This document shows, one piece after another, positions 28,501-41,423 of a stretch of DNA of 64,000 nucleotides. The notes beneath the pieces are model-generated. The model ran no database searches. It had not been told where the DNA came from and saw only the letters and a list, made by a program, of their open reading frames with translations. Position 1 is the first letter of the stretch. Each line of letters starts with the position of its first letter. This stretch comes from Phoronis australis. Its lineage: Eukaryota > Animalia > Phoronida. The translations under genes were made by a program, and so were the position numbers. The DNA lies in assembly GCA_002633005.1 (NCBI GenBank), contig NMRA01000001.1:3269695-3333694 (forward strand). The letters are read 5' to 3'.

Positions 28501-31500
28501 TTGCGGGTGTTCTAATTTAATAGTTGGCCAAGTGGTGTGGTTGCTTTTTGTGTTTTTTATATATGATATTAGTAATTTGAAACACATTAATCTTTATGAA
28601 AACATCGAATGTGTGAAAAAGGGTTATATCGAATGACAGTAAGAAAGAGGATATGACAAATGACTGTATGGTCTCCTTGTTGTGAAAATGGACCAACTTT
28701 GATACTGTAAATACCTTCCCCTTTGTTTGTTGATTCAGTCTAACCTATATAAAGATAACAAAAAATGCCTGTTATCAGCAGAAAACTATAAGTTCTATTC
28801 CTCATACATGTTCTGGGCAATTGATCAAATATGTCTACTGTTCACCCACAGTCTTGGGGGATGAAATATGTCTGCATCGATCTGGATTCTTGTGATGGAA
28901 TTACTGCTTAGTGACTGGTCTACTGTCTCTGAGATGATCAACAAATTGTATAGCACAGTACCATCTGTTCTCAAAGTGCATGTGTGTTAGGTCTTGAACG
29001 CGATTTTCTCTTCTAACTTTCATTTTTAGCGCCAAGTGTTATGATACATGACAATTCATGTGGTTTACACGCACACTGTCTACTCAGTAGGAATCCTATT
29101 TTCTTGAAACCTCGTTTGATTGCAAACCGCATTTTAAGAAAAATTGTTGGAAACAGTTGTTTGTCTTTGCATTTCAGTACACTATAATGAAGAAATAACT
29201 GAGCAATGTTTTCGTAATAAGTGTGCAGTGGTGCGTGCTGGGCTCAAGTAGACTTTATGTACACAAAATTTTAGTCCTGGTCGGACTGGTATAAAAGTTT
29301 AATTGAATTTGTCTCATAGTTTCCCACTTTTACACTCCAAAGGACTGTTTCATGATTCGAGACTTGAATGTCACATACACTCCACTCAACAGTATCTGAA
29401 AAATAATTAAATCTCTCGTGAGCAAAAGTGCGATGTCTCTGAGAATTTGCATCTTACTACTAGTTGCTGATATGATTTCTATAAGTTAATTCATGGCAAT
29501 GATGTGCTCATAATTATTTGAACCTTTATTTAGCGAGTATGAAGTGGGAACGTGAGGACTACTGTCATTAAGTCGCAAGTCATGACCAGGACTTCTTTGC
29601 TTTTGTACTGTAAAATGTTCAAGTAGCAAGCAGAGACACCTTGTGAGAAATACTGTATTCATTTTATCCTGTGTGGCAATTTTGCACTTAAACTTACAAC
29701 CACCCGTTTCACTAACATGTAAATTGATTCTGTGTAAACTTCATTAAATGCGACTGTAAGTAATCATATTGTAATTAGTAAACCTTCTAGCAATTCCTTG
29801 CGAGAACACTGAAGTACAGTGCAAGCTTCTGTGCTAGACAGTTCAAATTTGTAGAATTGCCATGTGCTTCAAGTAATCGATCTGATTAACAAGTCATGAC
29901 TGGTCTGTATAATAGCGTACTAAACTATGTTTCGCTTGGTGACACCAAGTGCTGGTGCAAGGAGTAATAACTAACCAGTAGTCTCGATGTTTAGACATAT
30001 ATCTGCTGCTAAGTTGACACTGCTCCGCTCGAGTCTGCCACTCTTTTTTTACCTCCTTTTGTTGTATCCTTCTGTATCTGCCAAACTGTGGGTGTGAAGG
30101 GAATGAGTTTCTGTTTGCCTCATGTGCATGTTTTAGCTTAAAAGTATAATCACAAGATTTAACATTAAAAAACTTTGAATTGGAAAGTGGAATAGTGGAA
30201 AAAAATCTGTTTTGGTCAGCGCAGGCAACTAACTCGCAATGTGTTTCTAGAGATATGCACTCTTAATTTGTCTGGTGACATCATTGTCACACAGCCATTT
30301 CATGTAGACAATGGGCTCGAGTGTGTAGAGAGGTTCAGTTGTCTCGAATTGCCAACAGAGTTGTATGTCCGATGTATTCAGTTTGTATAGCGAATAGTGG
30401 GATTGTCTTTTGTTTGGGAATGATGTCTGCATTGTGTTATTTGTGTCCCTTATTTGCATACAGGGGTCGCAATATCGTGAGTGATTGGGGTATTGTGCAG
30501 TTGATGGTATACTGAGTTTTATGAAAGTTTGGATAAAGTCACATTTAAGTTCCATATTGTTTATTGATATTTCAATAAGAGCTTTGCTGTCTGTTGTCAT
30601 TGATGTAATCAACACCAACTGCACTGCATACTCATTTCTGTAACGAGCAATGTTATTTTGCAACCCACTGGGTGGTTGATTGAGTTGCCAGCTCAACTTT
30701 CTAAGACATTTGATTGGTTTCTGTGATAACGTCTGGCTTATGAAACAATTGGATTATTTTCAATTGCCGGATGATCCAGTCCAGAATCTTTATCAGAAGT
30801 ATTAGAGGTTAATGTATCGAAGGTCAACCCATCAAGTATAGTTTTAATATTTTCATAATAGTTTCCTTCATTGCTTGTACTACTAACACAGGTAGATTAA
30901 TAACTTGTGTTGTTTTGTATTGTCACCTTTGCGTACCATTCTTGTTATTGGTATGTTGCCTTTATTTTTACCAGCGACACACATGGTTTCTTGACTGCAT
31001 GTTCAATGCACACTCTGTGCTATGGAGACAAAATTTGTTGAACACACTGATGATGAAGCGAGCACTTTATTTCTACCTGATAAGGAGACTAGAACAGTTT
31101 TGAAATAAAGCATTTTTTACCCATTAGTTTCAGGGTTCTCCAGAGCAAACATTTAAAGATGGTACAATTTGCGCTTTATGTTTTCGCGTCCTAATTTTCC
31201 TTTGTGCTGTTTAACAAAAACAACTATTGCGCATTTTATTTTCACTTGACTAGGATTTCAGTTTATATTTACTGCAAAAGAATTGAAATGAGTAACACTT
31301 TGCTATGCGATTTCAATTAATTGTCTTGTGAAGCAGATACAAATCTCATGTTGAACGTGGCTCGAGATTTTAAACATGGTTCATAGCGTTTCAAGCGTGG
31401 CTCAAGATTTCCTAATGTGTAGAACTGTTCAAACATAGTACGGCATTATGTATGAATACATGTAGGAAGCACGGCTTGGAATTTTCTTCTTTTAAGAGGA

Positions 31501-34500
31501 TTTGCTCTTTTTTGGTATGGATTTCCTGTTATTTGATTTCCAGTTTCCGCTTTCTTTGTCTATTTTTTATCATCATTTTTGCTTTATTCTCATGCAAAAA
31601 CATTTATTTCAGTTAAATTTTACGACACAACACAATATTTCTATCACACAAACCTCTTTATTTCTGGAACATTGCATCACCTGAAATTTTTTCCTCTTTT
31701 TTTGTTATTGGTCATTCCAAGCCCTGAGTGTGAACACCAAGTCTTTTATTTGTCTTCGCTGGCTGCTTTCCTGTGCTGCAAATGACTGTTGAAAGACAAA
31801 GTACACAGAGCTCGCGCTAATATCATTGAAAATTACTAATCGTGAACATTGTTGTGTGTCCCACAAATTTTGTCCACTGGAGAGGCTGTTGCCAAATCAT
31901 TCTGTGGTATGTGTGTAGGATTACACGCAATCGTATTTTTGTATTCCATCTCATTTGATGATGGAAGTTTCACAAACCAGTAGGACCAACACCGGTTGGT
32001 TACACTTACTTGCGGATTTGTTGAAATCTTGGTTGAATTCTGTTGCAGACGTGAACGAGAGAAGCGAGCAGATGATGAAGAGGAGGATTATGAACGTAGG
32101 AAGATCGAACGAAAACTCAGGGAAAAAGAGTTGACCTATCAGGACGTGAGTAAACCAACGAAACAGAGTTTGCCCTTTTCCTAACTCCTAAATTGACTTG
32201 AATGAAATGACAACAGTTCTTTGTTGGTCCTGTATGATATAATAGTTTGCTGACTACAAAATTGCTAATTAACATTAAAGTCCGTTGATGCTCAGAAGTT
32301 GTGGAATGTTAACGCACGAGTTTTTGCTTAAGCCTACTCTGCTTATTTGTTCATCCCATGTGGATTCAAATGGATGATTAAAAGGATAGTAAACCATGTT
32401 TCGGAGACTTCACCCAAAACTAGTTCAGTCTCATGCTTACGGCTGACTAGTACCTGCCTTAAGAGATAAAATTTAATCAACCAGAACATATCATTTCTAT
32501 GCCGTAAAGTGGATTCTGTGGTTCAAGGTGACCAGTATTTTCCCCCAGCCGCTGACAAACTTGCCCAAACTGTTGGCCACACTTCCCATGTGACAGATAT
32601 TGTGTGAAGTCGTCAAATGTGCTCTAAACTTTTGAGGGTTGCTGAGACTTACTTAGTATTGCTTTGTTTCATAATGTGAATGATCTCTTTATACTAAATG
32701 TCTTTTAACAGGCTAAAGTGGGGTTTAACATCCATTTAACTTCAACTAGTCTGTTGTCACTACAGTATATTGTAGCACCAGACAGGGTTGTCTGAGTTGA
32801 CATACTGGCTCCTATTTTTAGTTACAAATTTTTTTGTTGTCATGTGCTTGTCTTTATTATCAAAATACATTTCACTTCATAAGTAGACTATTAAAAACAA
32901 AGCTCAATGCGAAAACGATGTCTTGGTAAGCTCTCACCAATTTAGGACACAATATGGCCGACAAGGAAAATTTTATGTTAAGATTTTTGTAGTAAAAGAT
33001 AAGTTGTACCAAATAAATGCTCTACCGTTTATAAGGTTTAGGCCATATCTGTCTTCAGACGATGTTCCTGAGAAATTGTGGATATTCAAAAATATGTTAG
33101 AAGCTTAAATGTTGAAATGAAGAAAGGTGAATTTTGGCAATTATTTTTGTCCGAAATTGAGTGACGGCTTTACTGACCAGTCAGAACGCAGCATTCTTGA
33201 CACACCTTTGTTTCCAAGTCGCCATTTTACCCGACAAACAACACGTTGTCAGGTAAAACTTGTTATTTGTTCGTCGACTTTTCGCAAGTAGTCGGAGCTT
33301 GTGACAGGTCAATTGGTGAAATTTTAGCCTATCCCATACAGTAATAAAGATTTAGCATGCCGTGAAACCTACAGTGGTTACGGGCCTATGTTCACAGACC
33401 CCGGGTATCTCAAAAGGAATGCTAGATTATGTAGCATTGAAGAAATTAGTTGTAGCAACGTTCCTTTCAAGAGCGGACCAGCCGTTGTTCACCTACATTG
33501 GTCCAATCATTTATGTATTACTTTTTGTAGCGTCTCAAAAACTGGGAAGCTCGAGAAAGAAAGAGAGCACGTGAACTGGAGAAGGAGAAGGAAAAGGAAG
33601 ATGATCGACAAAGGGAAGAGGTGAGTGTTAAACTACTGCACGCGTCAGGGTGTACGCATGGGGAGTTGAAATTGGATCACTTACAAATGGGGGTGGATGT
33701 TAATTCCAGCATTTCAACAAGTCTAGGGTGAGTATACCCAAACAACAGTTCTGAGTGCTCATCACGTGAAAGAGTAAAAAAACTCTGTGCCCTCAATACA
33801 GATATTGCACTGTTTTTTTGATAATCACGGGAAAGCAGGGTAAGTCTTTTACATATCGTGGACAGGAAACTTTGGGGTTGGGGTTACGTTCTCAGCTGAA
33901 CATGGGCACCTATGTGCATGAATGTAGTAAGTGTATTTATTAGTAACTGACTGTTTCCAAAGATCAAATGTGTCAAATAAGTTATTTATGTATTAACGGT
34001 AGACCATAAAACTACATACTGTTGGAATCTGCGGGAAACACAGAATGTTATTGAGTGTGGGAAAATTTTCCCCCAGATGTTTGTAATGAAGTCGTTTTAT
34101 TGTGATGAATTTTTCACATGAAACTTGCTAAGCCTGTGTGTGTGATTTACTAAGGCTTTTTTGCCAGGAACTTCACCTTCAACACAAAAAAGAACTGGCT
34201 GCATCCTTTATTTCTTGTGTTACCCACTTAAATCTTTTGTTCATTTTTAGACCAAGGAAGCGAGAAGGTTAAAGGAGTTCTTGGAGGACTATGACGACGA
34301 CAGGGATGATCCAAAGTATTACAAGTAAGTGTATCCTAGAGCTGGGGGTTGGTTCTGTATCAGAGTTTTGAGAGGTCATCACGGGTAGGTGGGGTCAGGG
34401 ATGATCCACAGTATTACAAGTGGGTGTAGGCTTAGAGCTGGGGGAGGATCCTGTTTCAAAATGCTTGAGGTCACATTAGAGTAAGCTTAAGAAAAGAGTG

Positions 34501-37500
34501 ATCTGGTTTTTAGATACCGTTTAAAGTACTGTCACAGTGGTAAGATGAATTTGTAAAAACAGGTAGTCACCACTGTGATCTCAAAAACAGGACAAAAACT
34601 GAGCTGGAATCGACAAATCATTATACAGACTGACTAAAAACTCGTCGAAAGTGTGGCGTTTGAGGCATGGTTTTGGCCAAAATTCCTTGTTTCCGCATGT
34701 CTTTAAGTCACTATATGAAGACGTGTAGATGCACCATTTCAAGCGAAATAACATGAGCAATGTTAATGTTGATGAGTGGTCAGGAGGTAGCATGTCATCA
34801 GATTTTGTGCTCAAGAATTCAAAATTGTATTTTTGTTGTGTACTCATTTAGTGAATGTTTGAGAAACCAAAGTGTTCTACAAGGATATCTCAAAACAATC
34901 GTGGTTGACTTACTGTACGAACTGGTTCTGGTAATTGTCTTCTCAGAACATTATACTTACCTCACCCAGTGCTTGAATTAGAAAATATCCTGTCATCAAC
35001 ATGAATATTGTGCAATGCATGTGTGTATTAACTAGCAACCATTGTCACTGTGAACAATACTGATCTGCAGTTATTTGCTAGTGCACTTTGAAACAATCAC
35101 AAATACTGCTGTCAGGTTGTTTTCCTTATATTTTACGATGAATGTTGAAATCTTAAGGAATACATTCAAGCAATGTTTCTGACTTTTGTTATCCAGGGGC
35201 AGTGCCTTACAGCGTCGTCTTAAGGAACGAGAGAAGGAATTGGAGTTGGATGGACGAGACAGGCAAAGAGAGAGGGAGGAGTTAGAAGAGATTAAGAGGA
35301 AACTTGTGGAGGAGGGGCATCCTGACGTGGAGGCGGAGCTAGCCAAAGTAAGAGCAGAATTCAATTGGTCTTAAGTAAAAATGCAGGTGTAATTTGACTG
35401 AAGGTGTAGCTAATTTAAGTCAGAGGAGTGTTACTGTACAGATATGTAGAGGATGAGCATCCTGTCATGGTTGGGGGAGGTGTTACTCTATGTCTCTCCA
35501 AGGGGAGTGATATATTTACTTGGGGGCAGAGCTAGTCGAGACAAAAGGTGTGTCAATGTACATAACTGGACAAGGAATATTCTAACGAGGTAGAGCTTGC
35601 TAAGTTAGGAGTATTGTTAATATATGAAAGTAATGCAGAGGTACAAGTTGACATGGGTGTTGCTAAAGCAGATGAAGGTTATGAAACCTGGGCCCGGTCT
35701 CTAATCTTTGTACTCGAAACGAACTCGAAACTATTTTTCGAAATTTCTCTGCTAATTTTGTGCGAACTTAAGATAATTGGTTATCAGACTGTGCTCGAAT
35801 ACATTATAGTTTATGCATAGGAGTTTCTAGTTCAAGTTTACCCTTGAAGACCCTTATATTCGTGCTACAAACTCGAGTAAAAACTCGAAATTTCGAGTTC
35901 AAACTCGAACTTATTGCTTTAATATTGGGTTTACAAAGTGTGAACTAAGGGCAATAAATTATCTACGTAAGTTATTGTATACTCGAGCATAGAATAATGT
36001 ACACTTATCTCGAGTTCGCCCAAAAGTAGAGTGGAAAATGCCAAACCTAATTTCGAGTTCCATTTCGAGTAAAAAGATTGTGGACCGGGCCCTAGTTGTT
36101 GGGTGTGATCTCATTTGATGCCGTTTGGTTTTCCTGTTGACAGATTGAACGAGAACGCGAAGAGCACATGAGGCCAAAACAGAAGGAGGAGCCTATTGAA
36201 ATAAGTGACTCACCAGAAGCTGATGAGACAGCAGGAGAGGCGGGAAGTAGCGAGGACGTTAAACGTCCGGCCAATATGCATCCGTCACTGCGACCGGTGG
36301 ATGTGGCACCCTCTGTCTCCAGTCGTAGTCAATCACCATCATCAGGTCGTGAGTCTCCCGAGGGCATCATCATTCCAGAGCCAGCCAAAACAGAGCCATC
36401 ATCAGATACTGGGACAGTTAGTTCAAAAATAGGTAATAGGTGTCTCTGTCATTGTTTTACATGCTTGTATTAATGTAGAAATAAAAGAATTCGAAACAAA
36501 AGCTAGTGCCGTCGCTAATTCAAGATTAATTCTTAATTTCAGGAAACTGTATATGTATAATTTCAAGCACTTTTTACTTTTGTTTTATTTGGTAAAGGTG
36601 GCTTGGTTTCACTGCTGTTTGAAAAACCTGAGTTCTTAAGGCCTTATTCTCCTTTAACTGATTACTATAAATTGTGATTTGTAGGAGTGGGTGATAGTCC
36701 TGGTGATTCGCGGGATTCGACATCATTCAAAGAAACGGGTAAACGAAAAAAGCTGACGGTGGGAAACGTATTCAATCAAGACGACGACGATGTAGACGGC
36801 CCAAAGAGACGGAAACTTGTGCCGCTGGATTATACAGAGGATGAAAAGGTGGGATGTGTGGCTGTATTTAGTGGTCCCCATAGTCCTTGCAACTTGTACT
36901 GCTTTGTGAGGCTTTAATGAGACTTTAAGTTGTACCTCTGATTGACTAAAGGACGTTTGTACTAAATGTAAATTAAATTGACCACAGTCATGAAGTGCTC
37001 TTGCAGTAGGAAATGCTTATTTTGGAGCTGAAAATAGGACTTGTGTCAACTTCAGTAATATACTTTGTGAAGCTGATTGTCCTGTTTCATAACCTAAGTG
37101 AAACTTCTGAATTTTGAGGTAATTTAACTTTGCCTACTGAAGTTGGTTTTATAAAATTTTCACTCAAAGGGTGCTTTTCATGCACTGGCGGCTTTTTCTG
37201 GCAGTTTATATTTTGCCGAAATATGCAAACAGCCCTCATGCTTGTAGTGCAAACTTTTTCCTTTTGTGTTGGCAGAAAGCAATAGCCTTGTCCAAGCCTC
37301 CAGTGACAGTTGAGGAGAAGCGCAAACACATTAAGAACCTTATAGAGCGTATACCTACAGCCAAAGATGACCTCTTTGCCTTCACACTGGACTGGACCAT
37401 GGTAGATACAGTAAGTTGGGCGTTGGATTTGCTGGGGTCCACAGTCTTCAGACTGTCCAGGGTTTAGTATTGTGGAGACACATGTTTAGCGATGATGGGT

Positions 37501-38787
37501 TCAGTGTTTTGAAAAACTAAGAACCATGAAAGTCCGGAAGTTGGCTAATAAAAAGTAGTTTAATCCTTGATTTGAAACTCAAAAAGGGGTAAACATTTGA
37601 AAATGCATGAAAAAATCTCACAAGGTAATTTTATAAAAACCTCATTTAGTTGTTCGTGCAGCAAAATGTACTGTATGCCTACTTTTTCTTGGGAAAAATC
37701 TTGTGGAAAATAAAAATTAAATCAGTGAGGGGAAACGAAACAAAGTGTGAAAGGAAACCATGGATGAGCTTTCATGGAGTGGTAGTCATTGAGTGTTACT
37801 AATCTCTGAACACATGGTTAAAAATATTGGTTACTTGTTGCAACTTTCATGTGATCCTTAACAGTTGTTTACATCATGACGTGAGCTGTGAGTTGAGCTA
37901 CGTTTCACTTGAGGCAACCAGCTGAGCTGATCCTAGTTGTCTGTTCTCCACTGGCCCAAAAGTGGCAAGGTATTTCGAGCTCTTTGGTGCGATTGCTTAG
38001 CAACGTTCTCTTTTACAATGCTTCGTTGTGCATCTGTCATGTATGTATCATTAGCTTTGTGTACTGAATCATTTGGTGGTTTCAACAGGTGTTGATGGAT
38101 CGACGCATCAAGCCATGGGTGAACAAGAAGATTGTAGAGTACATTGGAGAGGAGGAGCCGACCCTGACAGAGTTTGTCTGTCAAAAGGTCATGGCGCATA
38201 GTACCCCTGAAGCAATACTCAGTGACGTGGCAATGGTAGGCATTCTTCCAGTCATGAATGAAAAGGGTTTCGGTGAATTGAATAGTTAGATTCTCTTACA
38301 TCCATTAGGGCTTAAAGTGGCTGTATATCTGCTTTCAGTCATAAAAGTCAGTTTTGATTTAGGCCCCTTGCAATATTAAAATTGGGTTTCAAATTGTTCC
38401 CTATTCAAAGTGGACATGACTTTTGGGGTTGGAGTGAACTGACACTTCATTGTTGCTCGAGGTCAGATTCTTCAAGTTGACTTGTCACAGAGTGTCATTC
38501 TTTTCTCTGTTTATGGTCTCGAGGAATAACGAAGCACCAGTTCTTTGCAAGACTTAAAATCGCTTCTTATCTGATCCATTAGTTTCGAACATACAAGTCT
38601 TAATTTTTTTTTGAATTTTAAATGGTTGGTTTAGAAGTTATTAAATTGTTGTGAACAATTTGAAGCTAATTCATTTTCAAATTGGTGCTTTTAGGTTTTA
38701 GATGAAGAAGCCGAAGTGTTTGTGGTCAAAATGTGGCGTCTGCTTATTTACGAAACTGAAGCCAAGAAGTTGGGACTAGTGAAGTAG
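19566..38787 (+). CDS. RBM25: RNA-binding protein 25 (RRM, RE/RD-rich region, PWI); exons 19566-19673, 20460-20531, 20971-21118, 21482-21573, 22502-22652, 23788-23930, 24430-24507, 26581-26825, 32049-32145, 33531-33620, 34251-34324, 35197-35347, 36144-36432, 36685-36848, 37276-37410, 38089-38235, 38695-38787
   Basis: RRM TTVFVGNIS...SWKRVQGASGKLQAFGFCEY; LKEFLEDYDDDRDDPKYYKGSALQ; KRKKL and KRRKLVPLDY; PWI IKPWVNKKIVEYIGEEEPTL; C-terminus VLDEEAEVFVVKMWRLLIYETEAKKLGLVK*. All junctions are GT-AG and phase-compatible. An acceptor at 19553 implies a non-coding first exon that I could not locate. Confidence 0.95.
24755..25000. repeat. Degenerate (GAT/GAC/GGT)n trinucleotide-like low-complexity tract in an RBM25 intron
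   Basis: Repeated gatgatgacgacgatgatggc-like triplets. Confidence 0.75.
32382..32735. mobile_element. TTAA-type MITE, copy 3 (diverged)
   Basis: TTAA|AAGGATAGTAAACC ... GGGTTTAACATCCAT|TTAA; similar length and internal motifs (gagggttg, ttttcccc, gttggccac) to the other copies. Confidence 0.7.
35691..36091. mobile_element. PIF/Harbinger-like MITE
   Basis: TIRs GGCCCGGTC...aatcttt.tactcgaaa.ggaactcgaaa; flanks CTG / CTA (CWG-like 3-bp TSD, one change); internal CTCGAA/TTCGAG repeats. Confidence 0.8.
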
Positions 38788-41232
38788 AACAGCTACTATG
38801 GTGGCGCGCCCTGTTGGTGTTATCATGAACGTGGTTGCCTGTGCAACTGTGATGTGAACGTGTTGGATTATTGTGTCTCACTTAGCAGATGTTTTGTTGC
38901 CAGCCCTCTGTAGAGCTGGACAGGTCTCGTTTTCACTGCTGGTTCCCAATTGGCTATCAACACTGTGTTCACGTGAGAGAAAGGCGTTGAACATTTCAAA
39001 CTATGTGAAACTTCTTTTAGCTTTTATCAGTCATTTTTGGAAATGTCAGCTGGTGGTTTTTTACCCAGCAGTGTTAAGACTGAGATCCAGAGATCTGTTG
39101 ATATTTTGTTAAAACATTTCAACCTTTGCAGCACTGCACTGAGATAACTCTGCATCACCAAGTCAACTTGCTGTTCTATTGTTGGTTTTCTTAATAAGGA
39201 CATCATGGTTGCATTTTGCATAAGGCATGTATCAGTGTGTGGGATTTGACAGATGGCGGTCTCAATGGTTACTTTTAGCGTTGAGTGTAAGGATGCATTG
39301 TTAGTGGTATGACAAGTTGGATCTGATGGAAGCTAGAAATAAGACATTCGAATGTAGAAATACTCTGTTGGAAGTTTTAGGATTTCACAGGTTGGTGTCT
39401 GGATAGTCACCTGTGTCTGGTGTTCACAGTTGTTGGCAGCTTACTTAAGATAGAAGGTCCATCCTTCAATACAGTCCCACAGCTTAAATCCATTCGGGTT
39501 TCTAGATTGTTAACATCTGTGTGAGAATTCTTTTGACTATGACAGCATTACGCCCGGATGGTGTGCAGGCCCATGTAGTTGGACAGAGAGGCTGTCACAG
39601 GGCTTTGACTATTGTGTCCATGTTTATGTCATTCGCAAAATGAACACTGCACTCCGCGTTTACACAAAAGCTTCCAAGAATACATCACGTAAAGAGCAGA
39701 GAACATGCACCATACTTTTTTACCTACAGCTCCGTGCTCTGAGTACCAGTGTTGTAACATGTATCCAAATACAGTGTCCGGTATGATCTCGCCAATATAG
39801 GATACAATATGGTGGACTATTGTCAGTTTATTTTCTCAATTTTTCGTAAAAGATATATAGCACCCAGTTATTGCTATACCATGTGCCATAGCTACGGTCG
39901 GAAAATATTTTGAAGAATTGTGGGTATTCACAACAATGTTAGAAGACCTTGAAACACAAAAAAGTTATCTCAGCGAGATTTTAACAAATTTGGAAAATGT
40001 TATGGAATACTAAAAGGTCCATGCAACAGTAATTGGATCTAGGTGAAACTACTAAACTTAAATGTGGCAGTGAAATTTACCATGAAAGTGAATTGTTTGG
40101 TCCGTGGCTTGATCATGTGTAATAAGGAACGCTTACCATATAATGAATCAAAACTCCGCCTCAAACCGCGAACCAAAATGAAGGTTTTCAAAGATGGTGC
40201 TGCAAAGGGTTTAATGTTTTTCTACTGTGTAAGGGTTCCAAACCAGCAGATTATGTGTGTGAATTGAGAGAAGTCGTTGCATTGGCAGAACTGGGTTCTA
40301 ACAGAATGTAATCATTTCAAGCAACTAGGTATTTCTTGTTAAACTGAAATGGGAAGTCTTGATATTTTTACAATTGGTATTGTACATTAAAATGTAAAAA
40401 GAACTTAATAAAGGACAAAATTGACCAAATTGGACTCTTGCATTATTGTATTCGAGGCCCAGAATGGTTATCAAAATGCCGACTAAAAGGACGTTTTTCT
40501 CTAGATGCAATTCCTGTCTATTTACTGCTTAAAGGTGATGTGAGTCAAAGACGGATGATTTGTTAGCCCTTTTAAAGCCTCACTTTAAAAACTCGACTTT
40601 AGTTCGTGGTGGCAACTGCAGAAGTCTTGTTATTGAATGGAACGTGTGGGTGCAATTGCCCCCACCCCAGATTCGGCAGATCATGGAAATTCTGACAGAG
40701 CTAAAAAAGTCTGGCAGCAGGATACAATGGCAAAACGGGATGAAATCGGTAGCCACCAGGTTGAGTCAGTGCCGAGTGGGGATTGGTTTGGAATTTACGT
40801 CTAATAAGGTAAACAAATTCTATGCTCTGGAAAAGTTAACGTCGCATGTCCCCTAGCACCGACGTCCAGATACGCTTATGATTTACACTACTAAATTTTA
40901 AAATTAGATATTGAAGCTTTGACGTTATTGATATGGGGCAATAACGAATTGGTAGTTTTTCCTGGCCACAGAGGTCACTTGTGAAACGAGACGAGACCAT
41001 TTTTATAACGGTTGGTTGTCAAAATCAGAACTTAGTTGACAGAAAACATGAGTTTAAATACCGGTGTAAGAAAATAGTTTCGCTGGGCTACAGATCACTT
41101 TTAGGAACTGTCGGAGTTGGCGTGCGTGTTTTGATTGCAGACAATGGGATGCGTGGAATACTGAACCATAAGGCAATCGCAGTTTGTCCATCGCTCGTCA
41201 GCCACTCATCAGGCTGCCCCTAGTAGGCCTAG

Positions 41233-41384
41233 TGACGTCATCCAAATTTTCAATAGACACCACGTTTGCTTCTTCTTAGATACGTCATAATTCTGTAAAC
41301 GAAACATTGTTACTATTTTGACACTATACAAAGTAATCAGAAAAAATATCCTGCGTGTACTTTGAAGAAGAATCGATGACGTCA
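41233..41384. promoter_or_regulatory. CRE cluster: TGACGTCA at 41233-41240 and 41377-41384, TACGTCA at 41281-41287
   Basis: Two perfect palindromic CREs and one near-CRE within 200 bp upstream of ATG 41424. Confidence 0.55.
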
Positions 41385-41423
41385 TAACTACTTCATTCAG
41401 CGACCCTGCTTCGGTAACGCACG

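Noticed and set aside
30247-30696. 149-aa minus-strand ORF in an RBM25 intron
   Set aside because: Non-ATG start, no motif and no splice context; consistent with a chance ORF.
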